In this document: positions 50,461-64,000 of the stretch, piece after piece
Numbering within the stretch: the first letter of the stretch is position 1
Layout: each line of letters starts with the position of its first letter
Assembly (NCBI GenBank): GCA_964016885.1
Contig: OZ024740.1
Span: 46,190,001 to 46,254,000 of the forward strand
From: Eledone cirrhosa
Taxonomy: Eukaryota
Length of the DNA stretch: 64,000 bases
Reading direction: 5' to 3'
Notes under the pieces: model-generated
The model's database searches: none
What the model was told of the DNA's origin: nothing
What the model saw: the letters and a program-made list of their open reading frames with translations, nothing else
Program-made: the position numbers and the translations under genes

Positions 50461-53400
50461 ATCTAAGACCATATACAACACACGAGAAGGTAATACACAC
50501 ATCTAGGACCACATACAACACACGAGAAGGTAATACACACATCTAGGACCACATACAACACACGAGAAGGTAATACACACATCTAAGACAACATACAACA
50601 CACGAGAAGGTAATACACACATCTAAGACTACATACAACTCATCAGAAGGTAATACACACATCTAGGACCACATACAACACACGAGAAGTTAATACACAC
50701 ATCTAGGACCACATACAACACACGAGAAGGTAATACACACATCTAGGACCACATACAACACACGAGAAGGTAATACACACATCTTGGACCACATACAACA
50801 CACGAGAAGGTAATACACACATCTAGGACCACATACAACACACGAGAAGGTAAAACACACATCTAGGACCATATACAACACACGAGAAGGTAATACACAC
50901 ACCTAGGACCATATACAACAGACGAGCAGGTAATACACACATCTAGGACCATATACAACACACGATAAGGTAATACACACATCTAAGACTACATACAACA
51001 CACGAGAAGGTAATACACACATCTAGGACCATATACAACACACGAGAAGGTAATACACACATCTAGGACCATATGCAACACACGAGAAGGTAATACACAC
51101 ATCTAGGACCACATACAACACACGAAAAGGTAATACACACATCTTGGACCACATACAACACACGAGAAGGTAATACACACATCTAGGATCAGATACAACA
51201 CACGAGAAGGTAATACACACATCTAGGACCATATACAACACACGAGAAGGTAATACACACACCTAGGACCATATACAACAGACGAGCAGGTAATACAAAC
51301 ATCTAGGCCCATATACAACACACGATAAGGTAATACACACATCTAAGACTACATACAACACACGAGAAGGTAATACACACATCTAGGACCATATGCAACA
51401 CACGAGAAGGTAATACACACATCTAGGACCACATACAACACACGAGAAGGTAATACACACACCTAGGACCATATACAACACACGAGAAGGTAATACACAC
51501 ATCTAGGACCACATACAACACACGAGAAGGTAATACACACATCTAGAAACATATACAACACACGAGCAGGTAATACACACATCTAGGACCACATACAACA
51601 CACGAGAAGGTAATATACACATCTAGGACCACATACAACACACGAGAAGGTAATACACACATCTAGGACCACATACAACACACGAGAAGTTAATACACAC
51701 ATCTAGGACCACATACAACACACGATAAGGTAATACACACATCTAAGACCATATACAACACACAAGAAGGTAATACACACATCTAGGACCACGTACAACA
51801 GACAAGCAGGTAATACACACATCTAGGACCACATACAACACACGATAAGGTAATACTCACATCTAAGAATACATACAACACACGAGAAGGTAATACACAC
51901 ATCTAGGACCATATACAACAGACGAGCAGGTAATACACACATCTAGGACCATATACAACACACGAGAAGGTAATACACACATCTAGGACCACATACAACA
52001 CACGATAAGGTATTACACACATCTAGAACCATATACAATACACGATAAGGTAATACACACATCTAAGAATACATACAACACACGAGAAGGTAATACACAC
52101 ATCTAGGACCATATGCAACACACGAGAAGGTAATACACACATCAAGGACCACATACAACACACGAGAAGGTAATACACACACCTAGGACCATATACAACA
52201 CTCGAGAAGGTAATACACACATCTAGGACCACATACAACACACGAGAAGGTAATACACACATCTAGCACCACATACAACACACGAGAAGGTAATACACAC
52301 ATCTAGGACTACAAACAACACACGATAAGGTAATACACACACCTATGGCCACATACAACACACGATAAGGTAATACACACATCTAAGACCACATACAACA
52401 CACGAGAAGGTAATACACACATCTAGAACCATATACAACACACGAGAAGATAATACACACATCTAGGACCACATACAACACACGAGAATATAATACACAC
52501 ATCTAGGACCACATACAACACACGAGAAGATAATGCACACATCTAGGACCACATACAACCAACGAGAAGGTAATACACACATCTAAGACCATATACAACA
52601 CACGAGAAGGTAATACACACATCTAGGACCACATACAACACACGAGAAGGTAATACACACATCTAGGACCACATACAACACACGAGAAGGTAATACACAC
52701 ATCTAAGACAACATACAACACACGAGAAGGTAATACACACATCTAAGACTACATACAACTCATGAGAAGGTAATACACACATCTAGGACCACATACAACA
52801 CACGAGAAGTTAATACACACATCTAGGACCACATACAACACACGAGAAGGTAATACACACATCTAGGACCACATACAACACACGAGAAGGTAATACACAC
52901 ATCTTGGACCACATACAACACACGAGAAGGTAATACACACATCTAGGACCACATACAACACACGAGAAGGTAAAACACACATCTAGGACCATATACAACA
53001 CACGAGAAGGTAATACACACACCTAGGACCATATACAACAGACGAGCAGGTAATACACACATCTAGGACCATATACAACACACGATAAGGTAATACACAC
53101 ATCTAAGACTACATACAACACACGAGAAGGTAATACACACATCTAGGACCATATACAACACACGAGAAGGTAATACACACATCTAGGACCATATGCAACA
53201 CACGAGAAGGTAATACACACATCTAGGACCACATACAACACACGAAAAGGTAATACACACATCTTGGACCACATACAACACACGAGAAGGTAATACACAC
53301 ATCTAGGATCAGATACAACACACGAGAAGGTAATACACACATCTAGGACCATATACAACACACGAGAAGGTAATACACACACCTAGGACCATATACAACA

Positions 53401-54700
53401 GACGAGCAGGTAATACAAACATCTAGGCCCATATACAACACACGATAAGGTAATACACACATCTAAGACTACATACAACACACGAGAAGGTAATACACAC
53501 ATCTAGGACCATATGCAACACACGAGAAGGTAATACACACATCTAGGACCACATACAACACACGAGAAGGTAATACACACACCTAGGACCATATACAACA
53601 CACGAGAAGGTAATACACACATCTAGGACCACATACAACACACGAGAAGGTAATACACACATCTAGAAACATATACAACACACGAGCAGGTAATACACAC
53701 ATCTAGGACCACATACAACACACGAGAAGGTAATATACACATCTAGGACCACATACAACACACGAGAAGGTAATACACACATCTAGGACCACATACAACA
53801 CACGAGAAGTTAATACACACATCTAGGACCACATACAACACACGATAAGGTAATACACACATCTAAGACCATATACAACACACAAGAAGGTAATACACAC
53901 ATCTAGGACCACGTACAACAGACAAGCAGGTAATACACACATCTAGGACCACATACAACACACGATAAGGTAATACTCACATCTAAGAATACATACAACA
54001 CACGAGAAGGTAATACACACATCTAGGACCATATACAACAGACGAGCAGGTAATACACACATCTAGGACCATATACAACACACGAGAAGGTAATACACAC
54101 ATCTAGGACCACATACAACACACGATAAGGTATTACACACATCTAGAACCATATACAATACACGATAAGGTAATACACACATCTAAGAATACATACAACA
54201 CACGAGAAGGTAATACACACATCTAGGACCATATGCAACACACGAGAAGGTAATACACACATCAAGGACCACATACAACACACGAGAAGGTAATACACAC
54301 ACCTAGGACCATATACAACACTCGAGAAGGTAATACACACATCTAGGACCACATACAACACACGAGAAGGTAATACACACATCTAGCACCACATACAACA
54401 CACGAGAAGGTAATACACACATCTAGGACTACAAACAACACACGATAAGGTAATACACACACCTATGGCCACATACAACACACGATAAGGTAATACACAC
54501 ATCTAAGACCACATACAACACACGAGAAGGTAATACACACATCTAGAACCATATACAACACACGAGAAGATAATACACACATCTAGGACCACATACAACA
54601 CACGAGAATATAATACACACATCTAGGACCACATACAACACACGAGAAGATAATGCACACATCTAGGACCACATACAACCAACGAGAAGGTAATACACAC
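50461..54700. repeat. Near-exact tandem duplication of a 2120-bp (53-monomer) block
   Basis: Markers GGATCAGATAC (51181/53301), TAATACAAAC (51291/53411) and CAACCAACGAG (~52556/54676). ORF pairs 50690/52810, 51023/53143, 52023/54143. Confidence 0.88.
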
Positions 54701-57700
54701 ATCTAAGACCATATACAACACACGAGAAGGTAATACACACATCTAGGACCATATGAAACACACGAGAAGGTAATACACACATCTAGGACCACATACAACA
54801 CACGAGAAGGTAATACACACACCTATGGCCACATAGAACACACGATAAGGTAATACACACATCTAAGACCACATACAACACACGAGAAGGTAATACACAC
54901 ATCTAAGACCATATACAACACACGAGAAGGTAATACACACATCTAGGACCATATACAACACACGATAAGGTAATACACACATCTAGGACCATATGCAACA
55001 CACGAGAAGGTAATACACACATCTAGGACCGCATACAACACACGAGAAGGTAATACACACACCTATGGCCACATAGAACAGACGAGAAGGTAATACACAC
55101 ATCTAAGACCACATACAACACACGAGAAGGTAATACACACATCTAGAACCATATACAACACACGAGAAGATAATACACACATCTAGGACCACATACAACA
55201 CACGAGAAGATAATACACACATCTAGGACCACATACGACACACGAGAAGGTAATACACACATCTAAGACCATATACAACACACGAGAAGGTAATACACAC
55301 ATCTAGGACCACATACAACACACGAGAAGGTAATACACACATCTAGGACCACATACAACACACGAGAAGGTAATACACACATCTAAGACCATATACAACA
55401 CACGAGAAGGTAATACACACATCTAGGACCATATGAAACACACGAGAAGGTAATACACACATCTAGGACCACATACAACACACGAGAAGGTAATACACAC
55501 ACCTATGGCCACATAGAACACACGATAAGGTAATACACACATCTAAGACCACATACAACACACGAGAAGGTAATACACACATCTAAGACCATATACAACA
55601 CACGAGAAGGTAATACACACATCTAGGACCATATACAACACACGATAAGGTAATACACACATCTAGGACCATATGCAACACACGAGAAGGTAATACACAC
55701 ATCTAGGACCGCATACAACACACGAGAAGGTAATACACACACCTATGGCCACATAGAACAGACGAGAAGGTAATACACACATCTAAGACCACATACAACA
55801 CACGAGAAGGTAATACACACATCTAGAACCATATACAACACACGAGAAGATAATACACACATCTAGGACCACATACAACACACGAGAAGATAATACACAC
55901 ATCTAGGACCACATACGACACACGAGAAGGTAATACACACATCTAAGACCATATACAACACACGAGAAGGTAATACACACATCTAGGACCATATGAAACA
56001 CACGAGAAGGTAATACACACATCTAGGACCACATACAACACACGAGAAGGTAATACACACACCTATGGCCACATAGAACACACGATAAGGTAATACACAC
56101 ATCTAAGACCACATACAACACACGAGAAGGTAATACACACATCTAAGACCATATACAACACACGAGAAGGTAATACACACATCTAGGACCATATACAACA
56201 CACGATAAGGTAATACACACATCTAGGACCATATGCAACACACGAGAAGGTAATACACACATCTAGGACCGCATACAACACACGAGAAGGTAATACACAC
56301 ACCTATGGCCACATAGAACAGACGAGAAGGTAATACACACATCTAAGACCACATACAACACACGAGAAGGTAATACACACATCTAGAACCATATACAACA
56401 CACGAGAAGATAATACACACATCTAGGACCACATACGACACACGAGAAGGTAATACACACATCTAAGACCATATACAACACACGAGAAGGTAATACACAC
56501 ATCTAGGACCACATACAACACACGAAAAGGTAATACACACATCTAGGACCACATACAACACACGAGAAGGTAATACACACATCTAAGACAACATACAACA
56601 CACGAGAAGGTAATACACACATCTAAGACTACATACAACTCACGAGAAGGTAATACACACATCTAGGACCACATACAACACACGAGAAGTTAATACACAC
56701 ATCTAGGACCACATACAACACACGAGAAGGTAATACACACATCTAGGACCACATACAACACACGAGAAGGTAATACACACATCTTGGACCACATACAACA
56801 CACGAGAAGGTAATACACACATCTAGGACCACATACAACACACGAGAAGGTAAAACACACATCTAGGACCATATACAACACACGAGAAGGTAATACACAC
56901 ACCTAGGACCATATACAACAGACGAGCAGGTAATACACACATCTAGGACCATATACAACACACGATAAGGTAATACACACATCTAAGACTACATACAACA
57001 CACGAGAAGGTAATACACACATCTAGGACCATATGCAACACACGAGAAGGTAATACACACATCTAGGACCACATACAACACACGAGAAGGTAATACACAC
57101 ACCTAGGACCATATACAACATACGAGAAGGTAATACACACATCTAGGACCACATACAACACACGAGAAGTTAATACACACATCTAGAAACATATACAACA
57201 CACGAGCAGGTAATACACACATCTAGGACCACATACAACACACGAGAAGGTAATACACACATCTAGGACCACATACAACACACGAGAAGGTAATACACAC
57301 ATCTAGGACCACATACAACACACGAGAAGGTAATACACACATCTAGAACCATATACAACACACGAGAAGATAATACACACATCTAGGACCACATACAACA
57401 CACGAGAAGATAATACACACATCTAGAACCACATACAACACACGAGAAGGTAATACACACATCTAAGACCATATACAACACACGAGAAGGTAATACACAC
57501 ATCTAGGACCACATACAACACACGAGAAGGTAATACACACATCTAGGACCACATAAAACACACGAGAAGGTAATACACACATCTTGGACCACATACAACA
57601 CACGAGAAGGTAATACACACATCTAGGATCACATACAACACACGAGAAGGTAATACACACATCTAGGACCATATACAACACACGAGAAGGTAATACACAC

Positions 57701-57819
57701 ATCTAAGACTACATACAACACACGAGAAGGTAATACACACATCTAGGACCATATGCAACACACGAGAAGGTAATACACACCTCTAGGACCACATACAACA
57801 CACGAGAAGGTAATACACA

Positions 57820-60800
57820 CACCTAGGACCATATACAACACACGAGAAGGTAATACACGCATCTAGGACCACATACAACACACGAGAAGGTAATACACAC
57901 ATCTAGAAACATATACAACACACGAGCAGGTAATACACACATCTAAGAATACATACAACACACGAGAAGATAATACACACATCTAGGACCATATACAACA
58001 GACGAGCAGGTAATACAAACATCTAGGACCATATACAACACACGAGAAGGTAATACACACATCTAGGACCATATACAACACACGAGAAGGTAATACACAC
58101 ATCTAGGACCATATGCAACACACGAGAAGGTAATACACACATCAAGGACCATATACAACACACGAGAAGGTAATACACACACCTAGGACCATATACAACA
58201 CTCGAGAAGGTAATACACACATCTAGGACCACATACAACACACGAGAAGGTAATACACACATCTAGCACCACATACAACACACCAGAAGGTAATACACAC
58301 ATCTAGGACTACAAACAACACACGATAAGGTAATACACACACCTATGGCCACATACAACACACGATAAGGTAATACACACATCTAGGACCATATACAACA
58401 CACGAGAAGATAATACACACATCTAGAACCACATACAACACACGAGAAGGTAATACACACATCTAAGACCATATACAACACACGAGAAGGTAATACACAC
58501 ATCTAGGACCACATACAACACACGAGAAGGTAATACACACATCTAGGACCACATACAACACACGAGAAGGTAATACTCACATCTAAGACCACATACAACA
58601 CACGAGAAGGTAATACACACATCTAAGACTACATACAGCTTACGAGAAGGTAATACACACATCTAGGACCACATACAACACACGAGAAGGTAATACACAC
58701 ATCTAGGACCACATACAACACACGAGAAGGTAATACACACATCTAGGACCACATACAACACACGAGAAGGTAATACACACATCTTGGACCACATACAACA
58801 CACGAGAAGGTAATACACACATCTAGGACCACATACAACACACGAGAAAGTAAAACACACATCTAGGACCATATACAACACACGAGAAGGTAATACACAC
58901 ACCTAGGACCATATACAACAGACGAGCAGGTAATACACACATCTAGGACCATATACAACAGACGATAAGGTAATACACACATCTAAGACTACATACAACA
59001 CACGAGAATGTAATACACACATCTAAGACCGTATACAACACACGAGAAGGTAATACACACATCTAGGACCATATACAACACACGAGAAGGTAATACACAC
59101 ATCTAGGACCATATGCAACACACGAGAAGGTAATACACATATCTAGGACCACATACAACACACAAGAAGGTAATACACACACCTAGGACCATATACAACA
59201 TACGAGAAGGTAATACACACATCTAGGACCACATACAACACACGAGAAGGTAATACACACATCTAGAAACATATACAACACACGAGCAGGTAATACACAC
59301 ATCTAGGACCACATACAACACACGAGAAGGTAATACACACATCTAGGACCACGTACAACACACGAGAAGGTAATACACACATCTAGAACCATATACAACA
59401 CACGAGAAGATAATACACACATCTACGACCACATACAACACACGAGAAGGTAATACACCCATCTAAGACCGTATACAACACACGAGAAGGTAATACACAC
59501 ATCTAGGACCATATACAACACACGAGAAGGTAATACACACATCTAGGACCATATGCAACACACGAGAAGGTAATACACACATCTAGGACCACATACAACA
59601 CACGAGAAGGTAATACACACACCTATGGCTACATAGAACACACGATAAGGTAATACACACATCTAAGACCACATACAACACACGAGAAGGTAATACACAC
59701 ACCTAGGACCATATACAACACACGAGAACGTAATACACACATCTAGGACCACATACAACACACGAGAAGGTAATACACACATCTAGAAACATATACAACA
59801 CACGAGCAGGTAATACACACATCTAAGAATACATACAACACACGAGAAGATAATACACACATCTAGGACCATATACAACACACGAGAAGGTAATACACAC
59901 ATCTAGGACCATATACAACACACGAGAAGGTAATACACACATCTAGGACCATATGCAACACACGAGAAGGTAATACACACATCAAGGACCATATACAACA
60001 CACGAGAAGGTAATACACACACCTAGGACCATATACAACACTCGAGAAGGTAATACACACATCTAGGACCACATACAACACACGAGAAGGTAATACACAC
60101 ATCTAGCACCACATACAACACACCAGAAGGTAATACACACATCTAGGACTACAAACAACACACGATAAGGTAATACACACACCTATGGCCACATACAACA
60201 CACGATAAGGTAATACACACATCTAGGACCATATACAACACACGAGAAGATAATACACACATCTAGGACCACATACAACATAAGAGAAGATAATACACAC
60301 ATCTAGGACCACATACAACACACGAGAAGTTAATACACACATCTAGAACCATATACAACACACGAGAAGATAATACACACATCTAGGACCACATACAACA
60401 CACGAGAAGATAATACACACATCTAGGACCACATACAACACACGAGAAGGTAATACACACATCTAAGACCATATACAACACACGAGAAGGTAATACACAC
60501 ATCTAGGACCACATACAACACACGAGAAGGTAATACACACATCTAGGACCACATACAACACACGAGAAGGTAATACTCACATCTAAGACCACATACAACA
60601 CACGAGAAGGTAATACACACATCTAAGACTACATACAACTTACGAGAAGGTAATACACACATCTAGGACCACATACAACACACGAGAAGGTAATACACAC
60701 ATCTAGGACCACATACAACACACGAGAAGGTAATACACACATCTAGGACTACATACAACACACGAGAAGGTAATACACACATCTTGGACCACATACAACA

Positions 60801-61820
60801 CACGAGAAGGTAATACACACATCTAGGACCACATACAACACACGAGAAAGTAAAACACACATCTAGGACCATATACAACACACGAGAAGGTAATACACAC
60901 ACCTAGGACCATATACAACAGACGAGCAGGTAATACACACATCTAGGACCATATACAACAGACGATAAGGTAATACACACATCTAAGACTACATACAACA
61001 CACGAGAATGTAATACACACATCTAAGACCGTATACAACACACGAGAAGGTAATACACACATCTAGGACCATATACAACACACGAGAAGGTAATACACAC
61101 ATCTAGGACCATATGCAACACACGAGAAGGTAATACACATATCTAGGACCACATACAACACACAAGAAGGTAATACACACACCTAGGACCATATACAACA
61201 TACGAGAAGGTAATACACACATCTAGGACCACATACAACACACGAGAAGGTAATACACACATCTAGAAACATATACAACACACGAGCAGGTAATACACAC
61301 ATCTAGGACCACATACAACACACGAGAAGGTAATACACACATCTAGGACCACGTACAACACACGAGAAGGTAATACACACATCTAGAACCATATACAACA
61401 CACGAGAAGATAATACACACATCTACGACCACATACAACACACGAGAAGGTAATACACCCATCTAAGACCGTATACAACACACGAGAAGGTAATACACAC
61501 ATCTAGGACCATATACAACACACGAGAAGGTAATACACACATCTAGGACCATATGCAACACACGAGAAGGTAATACACACATCTAGGACCACATACAACA
61601 CACGAGAAGGTAATACACACACCTATGGCTACATAGAACACACGATAAGGTAATACACACATCTAAGACCACATACAACACACGAGAAGGTAATACACAC
61701 ACCTAGGACCATATACAACACACGAGAACGTAATACACACATCTAGGACCACATACAACACACGAGAAGGTAATACACACATCTAGAAACATATACAACA
61801 CACGAGCAGGTAATACACAC
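57820..61820. repeat. Tandem duplication of a ~2000-bp (~50-monomer) block with small monomer gains and losses
   Basis: Private markers ATCTACGACC (59421/61421), TAATACACCC (59451/61451) and ACCTATGGCT (59621/61621). The upstream part has offset 1840 (58023/59863). Confidence 0.85.
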
Positions 61821-64000
61821 ATCTAGGACCACATACAACACACGAGAAGGTAATACACACATCTAGAACCATATACAACACACGAGAAGGTAATACACAC
61901 ATCTAGGACCATATGCAACACACGAGAAGGTAATACACACATCTAGGACCACATACAACACACGAGAAGGTAATACACACACCTAGGACCATATACAACA
62001 CACGAGAAGGTAATACACACATCTAGGACCACATACAACACACGAGAAGGTAATACACACATCTAGAAACATATACAACACACGAGCAGGTAATACACAC
62101 ATCTAGGACCACATACAACACACGAGAAGGTAATACACACATCTAGGACCACATACAACACACGAGAAGGTAATACACACATCTAGGAAGACATACAACA
62201 CACGAGTAGTTAATGCACACATCTAGGACCACATACAACACACGATAAGGTAATACACACATCTAGGACCATATACAACACACCAGAAGGTAATACACAC
62301 ATTTAGGACCACATACAACAGACGAGCAGGTAATACACACATCTAGGACCACATACAACACACGATAAGGTAATACTCACATCTAAGAATACATACAACA
62401 CACGAGAAGTTAATACACACATCTAGGACCATATACAACAGACGAGCAGGAAATACACACATCTAGGACCATATACAACACACGAGAAGGTAATACACAC
62501 ATCTAGGACCACATACAACACACGATAAGGTAATACACACATCTAGGACCATATACAATACACGATAAGGTAATACACACATCTAAGAATACATACAACA
62601 CAGGAGAAGGTAATACACACATCTAGGACCATATGCAACACACGAGAAGGTAATACACACATCAAGGACCACATACAACACACGAGAAGGTAATACACAC
62701 ACCTAGGACCATATACAACACTCGAGAAGGTAATACACACATCTAGGACCACATAAAACACACGAGAAGGTAATACACACATCTAGCACCACATACAACA
62801 CACGAGAAGGTAATACACACATCTAGGACTACAAACAACACACGATAAGGTAATACACACACCTATGGCCACATACAACACACGATAAGGTAATACACAC
62901 ATCTAAGACCACATACAACACACGAGAAGGTAATACACACATCTAGAACCATATACAACACACGAGAAGATAATACACACATCTAGGACCACATACAACA
63001 CACGAGAAGATAATGCACACATCTAGGACCACATACAACCAACGAGAAGGTAATACACACATCTAAGACCATATACAACACACGAGAAGGTAATACACAC
63101 ATCTAGGACCATATGAAACACACGAGAAGTTAATACACACATCTAGGACCACATACAACACACGAGAAGGTAATACACACACCTATGGCCACATAGAACA
63201 CACGATAAGGTAATACACACATCTAAGACCACATACAACACACGAGAAGGTAATACACACATCTAGAACCATATACAACACACGAGAAGATAATACACAC
63301 ATCTAGGACCACATACAAAACACGAGAAGATAATACACACATCTAGGACCACATACAACACACGAGAAGGTAATACACACATCTAAGACCATATACAACA
63401 CACCAGAAGGTAATACACACATCTAGGACCACATACAACACACGAAAAGGTAATACACACATCTAAGACCACATACAACACACGAGAAGGTAATACACAC
63501 ATCTAAGACTACATACAACTTACGAGAAGGTAATACACACATCTAGGACCACATACAACACACGAGAAGGTAATACACACATCTAGGGCCACGTACAACA
63601 CACGAGAAGGTAATACACACATCTAGGACCACATACAACACACGAGAAGGTAATACACACATCTTGGACCACATACAACACACGAGAAGGTAATGCACAC
63701 ATCTAGGACCACATACAACACACGAGAAGGTAAAACACACATCTAGGACCATATACAACACACGAGAAGGTAATACACACACCTAGGACCATAGACAACA
63801 GATGAGCAGGTAATACACACATCTAGGACCATATACAACACACGATAAGGTAATACACACATCTAAGACTACATACAACACACGAGAAGGTAATACACAC
63901 ATCTAGGACCACATACAACACACGAGAAGGTAATACACACATCTAGGACCATATGCAACACACGAGAAGGTAATACACACATCTAGGACCACATACAACA

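Larger units (their letters stand above)
1..64000. repeat. Tandem satellite array, 40-bp monomer, about 1,599 head-to-tail copies, extends beyond both window edges
   Basis: Consensus CACACGAGAA GGTAATACAC ACATCTAGGA CCACATACAA is read continuously from base 1 to 64000, with most monomers carrying 0-3 substitutions. A monomer starts at 1 and another at 63959 (phase +38), which equals the summed indels seen: 20x(+1), 4x(+4), 1x(+3), 1x(-1). Consensus composition is A18 C11 G6 T5. Confidence 0.99.

Noticed and set aside
145-63782. The many minus-strand 63-80 aa Cys/Val-rich ORFs as a gene family
   Set aside because: They are translations of the 40-bp repeat. They pass the length cutoff only where a variant or indel removes or bypasses one TAG, they overlap in different frames, and they have no promoter, UTR or unique context.
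1-64000. CRISPR array
   Set aside because: Repeats abut directly with no unique spacers, and there is no leader or cas gene.
1-64000. Telomerase-made telomeric repeat (minus-strand GTATGTGGT recalls the Kluyveromyces lactis repeat)
   Set aside because: The match is only 9 bp in GT-rich sequence. The unit is longer than known telomerase repeats, and kilobase blocks of inherited variants indicate recombinational amplification rather than template copying.
1-64000. Sequencing noise or rolling-circle/concatemer artefact as the source of the array
   Set aside because: Variants are mostly substitutions that recur in fixed multi-monomer order across nested blocks, which random error on a single template would not produce. 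The copy number of individual blocks could still be misassembled.
1-64000. Fungal RIP signature (CpA>TpA variants such as CCATAT and GACTAC)
   Set aside because: Only two or three of the many CpA sites per monomer vary commonly and most remain intact, unlike the broad CpA loss caused by RIP.
1-64000. Hairpin, terminator, G-quadruplex or structured ncRNA in the monomer
   Set aside because: Only 4-6 bp palindromes are present (CTAG, and variant TCTAGA, CCTAGG, TGGCCA, CATATG, CTCGAG). The consensus has no GGG tracts and no extended stem.
1-64000. Embedded transposon, inversion or unique island
   Set aside because: Monomer phase is fully accounted for by 26 small indels, and no reverse-orientation or non-repeat segment was seen.

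Overview
The whole 64 kb window is one uninterrupted, head-to-tail satellite array of a 40-bp monomer (consensus CACACGAGAAGGTAATACACACATCTAGGACCACATACAA, about 1,599 copies), open at both ends. I found no unique sequence, inversion, transposon, RNA gene, CRISPR spacer or credible protein-coding gene. All listed minus-strand ORFs are translations of the repeat, which reach 63-80 aa only where a variant or indel removes the recurrent TAG. The information in the window lies in how monomer variants are arranged. By-eye reading shows (i) multi-base variant 'haplotype' monomers and an ordered variant cassette recurring from 1.3 kb to 63.9 kb, (ii) nested, variable-length higher-order duplications of 0.28-5.6 kb, (iii) two domains with different private variants that meet in a more heterogeneous zone at about 26.9-28.9 kb, and (iv) 26 indels of only four types whose sum (+38) matches the phase drift across the window, with none after about 39.66 kb. 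Organism and function (centromeric, subtelomeric or heterochromatic) cannot be determined from the sequence, and I cannot support a novel gene system here. Block boundaries are approximate.
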